Made by a program: the position numbers and the translations under genes
Shown here: piece after piece, positions 1-9,034 of the stretch
Layout of the letters: each line of letters begins with the position of its first letter
Position numbering within the stretch: position 1 is the stretch's first letter
Origin: Mustelus asterias
Taxonomy: Eukaryota
Direction of reading: 5' to 3'
DNA: 64,000 nt
Assembly (NCBI RefSeq): GCF_964213995.1
Contig: NC_135809.1
Location: forward strand, 82,584,001-82,648,000
Notes under the pieces: model-generated
The model's database searches: none
What the model saw: the letters and a program-made list of their open reading frames with translations, nothing else
Told to the model about the DNA's origin: nothing

Positions 1-15
1 TCCCCACCTCTAGGC

Positions 16-2928
16 CTATCTATAGCCCTCAATCCCATTAAATCCCATGTACTCATCCAGAAGTCTCTTAAAAGACCCCAACGAGTTTGCCTCCACCACC
101 ACCGACGTCAGCCGATTCCACTCACCCACCACCCACTGAGTGAAAAACTTACCCCTGACATCTCCTCTATACCTACCCCCCAGCACCTTAAACCTGTGTC
201 CTCTCGTAGCAACCATTTCAGCCCTTGGAAATAGCCTCTGAGAGTCTACCCTATCCAGACCTCTCAACATCTTGTAAACCTCTATCAGGTCACCTCTCAT
301 CCTTCGTCTCTCCAGGGAGAAGAGACCAAGCTCCCTCAACCTATCCTCATAAGGCATGCCCCCCAATCCAGGCAACATCCTTGTAAATCTCCTCTGCACC
401 CTTTCAATGGCTTCAACATCTTTCCTGTAATGAGGTGACCAGAACTGCGCGCAGTACTCCAAGTGGGGTCTAACCAGGGTCCTATAAAGCTGCAGCATTA
501 TCTCCCGACTCCTAAACTCAATCCCTCGATTAATGAAGGCCAGTACGCCGTACGCCTTCTTGACCGCATCCTCCACCTGCGAGGCCGATTTAAGAGTCCT
601 ATGGACCCGGACCCCAAGGTCCTTCTGATCCTCTACACTGCTAAGAATGGTACCCTTCATATTATACTGCTGCTTCATCCCATTGGATCTGCCAAAATGG
701 ATCACCACACACTTATCCGGGTTGAAGTCCATCTGCCACTTCTCCGCCCAGTCTTGCATTCTATCTATGTCTCGCTGCAACTTCTGACATCCCTCCAAAC
801 TATCCACAACACCACCTACCTTGGTGTCGTCAGCAAACTTACCAACCCATCCCTCCACTTCCTCATCCAGGTCATTTATGAAAATGACAAACAGCAAGGG
901 TCCCAGAACAGATCCCTGGGGCACTCCACTGGTCACTGACCTCCATGCAGAGAAAGACCCCTCCACAGCCACTCTCTGCCTTCTGCAGGCAAGCCAGTTC
1001 TGGATCCACAAGGCAACAGCCCCTTGGATCCCATGCCCTCTCACTTTCTCAAGAAGTCTTGCATGGGGGACCTTATCGAACGCCTTGCTGAAGTCCATAT
1101 AGACCACATCCACCGCTCTTCCTTTGTCAATGTGTTTGGTCACATTTTCAAAGAACTCAACCAGGCTCGTAAGGCACGACCTGCCCTTGACAAAGCCGTG
1201 CTGACTACTTTTGATCATACTAAACTTCTCTAGATGATCATAAATCCTGTCTCTCAGGATCCTCTCCATCAACTTACCAACCACTGAGGTTAGACTCACC
1301 GGTCGGTAATTTCCCGGGCTGTCCCTGTTCCCTTTCTTGAATATAGGGACCACATCTGCAATCCTCCAATCCTCCGGAACCTCTCCCGTCTCCATCGACG
1401 ATGCAAAGATCATCGCCAAAGGCTCCGCAATCTCCTCCCTCGCCTCCCACAGTAACCTGGGGTACATCCCATCCGGTCCCGGCGACTTACCAACCTTGAT
1501 GCCATTCAATAGTTCCAACACATCCTCTTTCTTTATGTCCACATGCTCGATCCTTTCTGTCCACCGCAAGCCAGCAGTACAACCACCCAGATCCCTTTCC
1601 ATCGTGAATACCGAGGTAAAGTATTCATTAAGCAGCTCCGCCATTTCTAACGGTTCCGCACAAACTTTTCCCCCTTCACCTTTTAAGGGTCCTATGCCTT
1701 CACATCTCATCCTTTTACTCTTGACATATTTGTAGAAAGCCTTGGGATTCTCCTTAATCTTACCCGCCAAGGCCTTCTCATGACCCCTTCTCGCTCTCCT
1801 AATTTCCTTCTTAAGCTCCTTCCTACATCCCGTATACTCCTCTAAATCCTTAACACCTCCTAGCTCTCTGAACCTTCTGTACGCCTCTCTTTTCTTATTC
1901 ACCAGGTTCATCACAACCTTCGTGCACCACGGTTCCCGTACCCTACCAACACCCCCCTGTCTCATCGGAATGTTGTCATGCAGAGCTCCAGACAAACATT
2001 CCTTGAAAATCCTCCACTTTCCTTTGGTACTTTTCCCCAAGAATGCCTCCTTCCAATTTACCCGTCTAATTTCCTCCCTGATGACACTGTATTTCCCTTT
2101 ACTCCAGAGAAACACTTTCCTAGCCTGCCTGATCCTATCTCTTTCCAATGCTATCGTGAAGGAGATAGAATTATGATCGCTATCCCCAAGATGCTCACCC
2201 ACCGAGAGATCCTCCATCTGTCCAGGTTCATTAGCCAGCACCAGATCAAGTACAGCCTCTCCTCTAGTAGGCTTATCCACATACTGTGTCAGGAAACTCT
2301 CCTGGACACACCTAACAAACTCCTCTCCATCCAAACCCCTAGCCCTAGGGATATTCCAATCTATGTTTGGGAAATTAAAATCTCCCATCACGACAACTCT
2401 GTTATTCCTACATCTCTCCAGGATCTGTTTCCCCATCTGCTCCTCAACATCTCTGTTACTATTGGGCGGCCTATAGAAAACACCCAGCAACGTTACCGAC
2501 CCCTTCCTGTTCCTAACCTCCACCCACAGAGACTCCGTAGTCAATCCCTCCACGGCGTCCACCTTCTCTACAGCCGTGACACTATCCCTGATCAACAGTG
2601 CCACTCCCCCCCCTCTCTTGCCTCCCTCCCTGTCCTTCCTGAAACATCTAAAACCCGGCACCTGAAGCACCCAGTCCTGTCCCTGAGACATCCAAGTCTC
2701 CGTAATGGCCACCACATCACAATTCGAAGCAGCAATCCACGCTCTAAGCTCATCCACTTTATTCACTACACTCCTGGCATTAAAATAGACACATCTCAGA
2801 CCTTCAGCCTGAGCACTTCCCTTCTCCATCACTCGTCTAACCTCCCTCTTACCCTGTTTACATTCCTTATCTATTTGCGAGCTAACCTCCTCGCTCTCAG
2901 TCCCCTCATTTCGATTCCCTCCCCCCAA
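16..2928 (-). CDS. CR1 ORF2: AP endonuclease + reverse transcriptase (first ATG at 2829, 937 aa)
   Basis: APE motifs YFNARS, AITETW, YRPP, MGDFNFP, SDHN; RT motifs [42 protein letters not shown]; CR1 C-terminus RPHLEYC...LGLFSLERRR...RGH. Confidence 0.97.
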   Translation of the reverse strand: MGGGNRNEGTESEEVSSQIDKECKQGKREVRRVMEKGSAQAEGLRCVYFNARSVVNKVDELRAWIAASNCDVVAITETWMSQGQDWVLQVPGFRCFRKDREGGKRGGGVALLIRDSVTAVEKVDAVEGLTTESLWVEVRNRKGSVTLLGVFYRPPNSNRDVEEQMGKQILERCRNNRVVVMGDFNFPNIDWNIPRARGLDGEEFVRCVQESFLTQYVDKPTRGEAVLDLVLANEPGQMEDLSVGEHLGDSDHNSISFTIALERDRIRQARKVFLWSKGKYSVIREEIRRVNWKEAFLGKSTKGKWRIFKECLSGALHDNIPMRQGGVGRVREPWCTKVVMNLVNKKREAYRRFRELGGVKDLEEYTGCRKELKKEIRRARRGHEKALAGKIKENPKAFYKYVKSKRMRCEGIGPLKGEGGKVCAEPLEMAELLNEYFTSVFTMERDLGGCTAGLRWTERIEHVDIKKEDVLELLNGIKVGKSPGPDGMYPRLLWEAREEIAEPLAMIFASSMETGEVPEDWRIADVVPIFKKGNRDSPGNYRPVSLTSVVGKLMERILRDRIYDHLEKFSMIKSSQHGFVKGRSCLTSLVEFFENVTKHIDKGRAVDVVYMDFSKAFDKVPHARLLEKVRGHGIQGAVALWIQNWLACRRQRVAVEGSFSAWRSVTSGVPQGSVLGPLLFVIFINDLDEEVEGWVGKFADDTKVGGVVDSLEGCQKLQRDIDRMQDWAEKWQMDFNPDKCVVIHFGRSNGMKQQYNMKGTILSSVEDQKDLGVRVHRTLKSASQVEDAVKKAYGVLAFINRGIEFRSREIMLQLYRTLVRPHLEYCAQFWSPHYRKDVEAIERVQRRFTRMLPGLGGMPYEDRLRELGLFSLERRRMRGDLIEVYKMLRGLDRVDSQRLFPRAEMVATRGHRFKVLGGRYRGDVRGKFFTQWVVGEWNRLTSVVVEANSLGSFKRLLDEYMGFNGIEGYR

Positions 2929-2933
2929 CCTTT

Positions 2934-3851
2934 CTAGTTTAAAGTCTCTCCAGTAGCCTTAGCCAACCTTCCCGCCAGGATATTGGTCCCCCTGGGATTC
3001 AAGTGCCACCCGTCTTTTTTAAACAGGTCACACCTGCCCCTAAAGAGGTCCCAATGATCCAAGTATCCAAATCCTTGTCCCTTGCTCCAGTCCCTCAGCC
3101 ACGCATTCATTCTCCACCGATTCCTGTTCTCACTCTCCCGCGGCACAGGCAGCAATCCCGAGATTACTACCTTTGCATTCCTCTTTCTCAGCTGTCTACC
3201 TAACTCCCTATATTCTCTTTTCATGACCCCTTCCCTCTTCCTACCTATGTCAGCAGTACCTATATGCATCACGACCTTCGGCTCCTCTCCCTCCCCTTTC
3301 AGGATTTCTGGGACTCGACCAGAGACATCCCGGACCCCTGCACCAGGGAGGCAAACCACCATCCGAGAGTCCCGTCTGTGTCCGCAAAAACGCCTATCTG
3401 ACCCCCTCACCGTAGAGTCCCCAATTAGCACTACCCTCCTTTCCTTACCCTTTTGCACTACTGGGCCAGGCTCAGCTCCAGAGACACTGCCACCGCTGCT
3501 TCCCCCAGGTGGGCTGTCCACCCCAGTAGTACTCAGACAGGAGTACTTATTATTAAGGGGCACATCCACCGGGGTGCTCACCATCAACCGAGCTTTCTCC
3601 TTCCTCACTGTTACCCAGTTACCCTCCTCCCGTGGTCCCGGTGTGACCACCTGCCGATAGCTCCTGTCAATGACCTCCTCACTATCCCTAACCCGGCGAA
3701 GGTCCTCGAGCTGCAATTCCAGTTCCCTAACATGGTCCCTTAGGAACCGCAGCTCAACACACCCAGCACAGATATGGTCGTCCGGGAGGCTAGGAGCCTC
3801 CAGGACCTCCCACATCCTACATTGGGAACAACATACTGGCCTCACACTCAT
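2934..3851 (-). CDS. CR1 ORF1: zinc finger + coiled coil + SGNH/GDSL esterase domain
   Basis: CSQC...HICAGC finger, heptad LRFLRDHVRELELQLEDL, PLNNKY motif, esterase blocks IGDS, PGA, HIGTAD, DGWHLN. ATG at 3851 (the ORF track starts at GTG 3869). Confidence 0.93.
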   Translation of the reverse strand: MSVRPVCCSQCRMWEVLEAPSLPDDHICAGCVELRFLRDHVRELELQLEDLRRVRDSEEVIDRSYRQVVTPGPREEGNWVTVRKEKARLMVSTPVDVPLNNKYSCLSTTGVDSPPGGSSGGSVSGAEPGPVVQKGKERRVVLIGDSTVRGSDRRFCGHRRDSRMVVCLPGAGVRDVSGRVPEILKGEGEEPKVVMHIGTADIGRKREGVMKREYRELGRQLRKRNAKVVISGLLPVPRESENRNRWRMNAWLRDWSKGQGFGYLDHWDLFRGRCDLFKKDGWHLNPRGTNILAGRLAKATGETLN

Positions 3852-4059
3852 AATTGCCCCTTTAAACACACAGGGAAAAAAAAGTGAATGAAAATTTTAA
3901 ACTTACCTTTCCTCCTCCTGTTTTCTCCAAAGCCCTGCTCTCACTGGGTCTTTTTTTTTAGGTTAGAGGGGGAGGGAGGGTGGGATACTCTACAAGTGTA
4001 GAGTATCGGGATTCCTCTCTGTTCCAATTTATTGGGGAAAAAAAAAAATCTCTCTCTCC

Positions 4060-4210
4060 CAGACCTCCCTGCGCGACCACTTCCGGGTTTAGATATTTTT
4101 AAAGAAAAAACCCGCGAAAAAGTAAGTTAAAAAATAACAGCGCTTACCCGCAGCACTCCTCTCGCGAATCTCTCCCTCTCTGCTGCACTTCCAAGACGCA
4201 ATGAATGGCC
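4060..4210 (-). promoter_or_regulatory. Putative internal Pol II promoter in the CR1 5'UTR
   Basis: Local CpG cluster, ETS-type CCGGAAGTG (4078-4086) and GGAAGTG (4186-4192), YY1-core GCCATT (4204-4209) at the inferred 5' end. Function is inferred. Confidence 0.4.
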
Positions 4211-4367
4211 TTTTTCTATGCTTTCAGAGTTTGTGATTCAAAACCTGATGTTAAGTGTTGACAGATTATTCAATTTGTGCGGTATCATAACCAACCTCAC
4301 CAAACTTCTATCAACCTACATAATCAGCGAGAGTTGGTGATTTGCAAACATTATTACAAATGCCTGT

Positions 4368-4677
4368 GGGCAGCACAGTGGCACAGTGATCAGCACTGCT
4401 GCCTCACAGTGCCAGGGACCTGGGTTCAATTCCCAGCTTGGGTCACTGTCTACGTGGAGTCTGCAGGTTCTCCCCGTGTCTGCGTGGGTTTCCTCCGGGT
4501 GCTCCAGTTTCCGTCCACAGTCCGAAAGACGTGCTGTTTAGGTGCATTGGCCATGCTAAATTCTCCCTCAGTGTATCCGAACAGATGTCGGAGTGTGGCA
4601 ACTAGGGGATTTTCACAGTAACTTCATTGCAGTGTTCATGTAAGCCTACTTGTGACAATAATAAATAAACTTAAACT
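4368..4677 (+). mobile_element. tRNA-derived V-SINE (HE1-type head, TTTTCACAGTA...GTGACAATAA tail)
   Basis: A box (tggcacagtg), B box (ggttcaattccc), V-domain TTCTCCCCGTGTCTGCGTGGGTTTCCTCCGGGTGCTCC, A-rich tail. Confidence 0.9.
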
Positions 4678-4699
4678 ATTTTTGGGCAGAGATTTAGAC

Positions 4700-5420
4700 A
4701 TCTTGCATTGTAAAGAAACACATCAAGGAAGTCTCAGACAGGGCTTTTCAGATCAAATCCACTCACTGTAAAAAGGCTTTTTTCTCATGTTGCCATTGCT
4801 TCATTTACAATCACCTTCAATTAGTTTCTTATCATCCTCGCTCCTTCTGCCAATGGGAACAGTTTCTCCCGAACTACACTGCCCACATTACTCCTGATTT
4901 TGGACACATTTCTCATAATCTCCTCTCAATATTCCCTTTTCTCAAGAGAACAACCCTGGTATTGTCAATCTGTCCTTGAAGTCTCTTGTCCATGGAATCT
5001 TTCGTAATTTTTTTCTGTACCCTCTCTTTTTATTCTTAAAATGCAGCGCCCAGAATTGAACACAATACTCCAGTTGATGCCAAACTAGTGTTTCATAAAG
5101 GCTTACCATATCTTCCTAACTTCTGTACTCTATGCCTTTATTAATAAAGCCCAGGATCCTGGATGCCTTATTAACCTGTTTCTCAACCTGTCCTGCCACT
5201 TCAATAATTTGTGCGCACATATCTTCAGGTCCCTCTGTTCCTGCGTCTCCTTTAGAACTGTCATTGATTTTATATTGCCTCTCCTCATTCTTCTTACCAA
5301 ATCTGTCACTTCACATTTCTCTGATTTAAACTTTAACTGCCGTGTGCCCTCTCATTTCATCAGTCAGTTTATGTCTCCCTGAAGTCTTTGTAATTCACAA
5401 TATTGCCAAATTCTTTGTCA
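4700..5420 (-). mobile_element. Old decayed CR1 3' fragment
   Basis: Degenerate LEYCVQFW-encoding segment (cccagaattgaacacaatactccag) and downstream CR1 C-terminal sequence. Confidence 0.75.
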
Positions 5421-5425
5421 CCTAT

Positions 5426-5592
5426 GTGCATTGGCCATGCTAAATTCTCCCTCAGTGCACCCAAACAGGTGCCAGAGTGTGGCGACTAGGGGATTTTCAC
5501 AGTAACTTCATGTGCCTTCATGTAACTTCAGTAACTTCATGTAACTAACAGTGCCAATGTAAGCCTACTTGTGACACTAATAAATAAGCTTT
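5426..5592 (+). mobile_element. 3' half of the same V-SINE, with internal GTAACTTCA slippage repeats
   Basis: Matches 4542-4670; gtaacttca is reiterated at 5501-5546. Confidence 0.8.
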
Positions 5593-5811
5593 GAAAAGAA
5601 TAAATTTAATTGACCAGGTTTTGTTTTTAGAAACTGGATATTGAAAAGTTCTCTGGTATATAAAGTTCCCCATGAAAGACTGCTATGTAAACTTACAATA
5701 ACGGGTATCCTGGGTAATACGTGAAGTTGGGTAACAAGAGTTGAAGCAATCGGTACTGTTGACAGGCCTGACAAAATGTTACTGGCCTAAAAATATTCAT
5801 TTGGTTCCTCC

Positions 5812-5900
5812 AACCATAGATGCTGCCAGCCTGACTTGAGTTTTCAACATTTTTGTACTTTTTTCCAGATTGCCAGCATTCTCAACATTTTGATTTTGCA
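5812..5900 (+). mobile_element. Decayed Penelope terminal-repeat fragment
   Basis: Similar to the reverse complement of 43836-43920 (agatgctgcc...cagattgccagcat). Confidence 0.55.
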
Positions 5901-6199
5901 ATGGGTTAGGGAAGTTGAGGAAGTCGAGGAAGATGTACTATGAAGTCACTTAAAATGCTGGAAAAGATTTAACTGTTTTTAATCTTGGGTGAGTTCACTT
6001 TTTTCCCAGGCAACCATCACTAAAATTGAAGCATTATCTTCTGCCTTGTACTCCTCCACAACCCCATCCCCAACCCCCATACCAAACTCTGCAATTGGCA
6101 ATTGGTTCCTGATCCTGATGTCAGCCTTGATTCTGGGTCAGGAATCCGGAAATGGCTATGGCGGGATGTTGGTTACAGTCTTCACGGAGACAGCCAATT

Positions 6200-7352
6200 A
6201 TGAACAAAGAAAATTACAGCACAGGAACAGCCCTTCGGCCCTCCAAGTCTGCACCGACCATGCTGCCCAACTGAACTAAAACCCCCTATCCTTCCGGGGA
6301 CCATATCCCTCTATTCCCATCCTATTTATGTATTTGTCCAGACGCCCCTTAAAACCCACTATCATATCTGCTTCCACTACCTCCTCTGGCAGCGAGTTCC
6401 AGGCACCCACCACACTCTGTATAAAAAACTTGCCTTGTTCATCTCCTTTAAACCTTACCCCTCGCACCTTAAAGCTATGCCCTCTACTAATTGACTCTTC
6501 CACTCTGGGAAAAAGCTGACTATCCACTCTGTCCATGCCCCTCATAATCTTGTAGACTTCTATCAGGTCTCCCTTCAACCTCTGTCATTCCAGTGAGAAC
6601 AAACCAAGTTTCTCCAACCTCTCCTCATAGCTAATGCCCTCCATACCAGGCAACATCCTGGTAAATCTTTTCTCTACCCTCTCCAAAGCCACCACATCTT
6701 TCTGATAGTGTGACGACCAGAATTGAACACTATATTCCAAGTGCAGCCCAACTAAGGTTCCATAAAGCTGCAACATGACTTGCCAATTTTTAAACTCAGT
6801 GCCCCGGCCAATGAAGACAAGCATGCCGTATGCCTTCTTGCCTATCTTCTCCACCTGCGTTGCCACTTTCAGTGACCTGTGTACCTGTACACCCAGATCC
6901 CTCTGCCTATCAGTACTCTTAAAGGTTCTGCCATTTACTGTATATTTCCTCTCTGTATTAGACCTTCCAAAATGCATTATCTCACATTTGTCCGGATTAA
7001 ACTCCACCTGCCCAAGTCTCCAACCGATCTATATCCTGCTGTATCCTCTGATGGTCCTCATCACTATCCGTAAATCCACCAACCTTTGTGTCGTCCGCGA
7101 ACTTACTAATCAAACCAGTTACATTTTCCTCTAAATCATTTATATATATTACAAACAGCAAAGGTCCCAGCACTGATCCCTGAGGAACGCCACTTGTCAT
7201 AGCCCTCCATTCAGAAACACCTTTCCACTGCTACCCTCTGTCTTCTATGACTGAGCCAATTCTGTATCCATCTTGTCAGCTCATCCCTGATCCCATGCGA
7301 CTTCACCTTCTGCACCAGTCTGCCATGAGGGACCTTGTCAAAGGCCTTACTG
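6200..7352 (-). mobile_element. 5'-truncated CR1 LINE (RT C-terminal half + 3' tail), frameshifted
   Basis: ORF pieces [53 protein letters not shown]; tail ctgtgctgtaattttctttgttc. Confidence 0.93.
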
Positions 7353-8529
7353 AAGTAAGAAGCTGCTTCTGGGAATCCTGTCCAATTAAAGACAACGGAA
7401 ATTCTGGAGAACCAACTCAGACCCAATCAGAGGGCTCACAGCAATGTCCAGCCAGCAACCCGACCAAGAGTGGTGACCACTGCCAATGTAGGTAGAAGAC
7501 CTAAAATTGTAAAAAAAAAAGAATGGCCACAGCTGTCAGACCATCATTGTGTGGAGGGAGCCTCTTCACAGAATGTCTACGGCTGTGACCCTGGCCCTCT
7601 GGAACCTGTGGCTCTGGGAGGCAGAGGGGGTTTATCAGAGCTGTCGATTGCTCCCGCTGCCTGCCACTAGGAAGCTGCCTCCAGGCAACTGCCAGGCTTC
7701 AACCTCGGGAAAAGACCCACCCACCATGGGAAGATCCCAGTGGCAACTCAATTTGCCACCAACTGAGCACTTAATAAATCCTAATATGCCACCCGCTAGT
7801 GCCAGGCAGGTAGCTGGTTATGGTCATCTCCCATCCCCAGCAAGATCGTTTGGAGGCAGATTGCACCATCTCACACTCAACATTTTCTAATTTTGCTTTT
7901 GGTCTCATTTCCAAATCCAAATTCAGCCCTTTGTCTCAGACTTTCAAAAACTTGACATTTTTATCCAATCTTGAGTGAGTTTTGTGATGCTATTGTGTCT
8001 TTAAGAAATGTATTTGTTTAAGCACGTTCTCTGTAGTTTGTAAGCAAGCCTTTTGTTTTTGCTATTGGCACTGAGCTGCCTGATTAGAAGTCCTTTTATT
8101 GCTGCTTAAATGGTTTAAATGTTTATTTTTAATCTGGATCTAATGCGATGCCCTGGAGTGTTACAAGTTTACAACTTGTTAGGGGGAAGAATGATTGACA
8201 GGTCAGGTGACAAGAGTTCTTTCACTTTCAATTTCTGGCTGCTGGCTGTTCTTTATTACATAATATCATCTGCTCTACAGTCGAAACCTATATCCATGCC
8301 TTTGGCACCTCCACACCAAATTATTCTAATGATCTAACACTGCTTCAGCCCATATCTCATCCTGGGTCAAGTCACCTTTATCCTTTACTTGTGTTATCAT
8401 ACACCTCAGCAACTCCACGTCCTTCAATGCCTCTAAGTTAAAGTTCCCATGCCTGCTTTAAATCATTTCATAGTGTCATGCATCCCTTTGCTTAGCCCTA
8501 CACTGCTTTCTGAAACTTCTGTTCCAATG

Positions 8530-9030
8530 GGGGCTCAGTCATAACTCAATGGGTGGCACTCTCACTTCTGAGTTCAAAGGTCATCAGTTCAAGACTCACT
8601 CCAGAGACCTAAGCACAAAATCTTGGTTGGCTCTTCTGTGCAATACTGAGGGAGCTCTGGATTGTCTTTCAGGTATGATGTTAAACTGAGGCCTGGTCTG
8701 CTGTTTTAAGGTGGAGATGAAAGATGCCATGGTACCATTTTGATAAAAAAGCTGAGATATCGTTGAATTTATTCAAGGCAGAGTTAGACAGATGTTTGAT
8801 AGATAAGGGAATCAAGTGTTAAGGGGGGGGGGGGGTGGTGAGGGTGTGTGTGGAGATAGGGAGGGGGGGGGGGGGCAGGTGCAAAGTAGGGTGGAGACCA
8901 TAACCAGATCAGCTTTGATCTTACTGAATGGTGGAGCAGGTTCAAAGAGCTGAAAGGCCTGCCCCGGATGCTAAGTCCTGTGTTCCTATTGAAAATAGAT
9001 TATCAGGTTATTATCATGTTGCAGTTTAAT
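8530..9030 (+). mobile_element. DeuSINE (SacSINE1-like) 5' part, interrupted by a CR1 3' tail at ~8750-8990; its tail resumes at ~12616-12720
   Basis: tRNA-like head, Deu-domain-like gtctttcaggtatgatgttaaactgaggcctggtctgc; L2-type tail aaaaggtgctatagaaatgcaa after the CR1 at 12.6 kb. Confidence 0.7.
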
Positions 9031-9034
9031 TAAC

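Larger units (their letters stand above)
1..4210 (-). mobile_element. Full-length, young CR1-clade (HER1-like) LINE; 3' tail runs off the window
   Basis: Two uninterrupted ORFs (ORF1 2934-3851, ORF2 16-2928) preceded by a CpG-containing ~350-bp 5'UTR; the 5' boundary is approximate. Confidence 0.95.

Noticed and set aside
1978-2937. 319-aa plus-strand ORF and other antisense ORFs over CR1 copies
   Set aside because: Shadow frames antisense to the LINE ORFs; Pro/Leu/Ser-rich with no recognisable domain.
4368-4440. tRNA-like sequences at SINE heads
   Set aside because: A/B boxes run straight into SINE bodies; they are not standalone tRNA genes.
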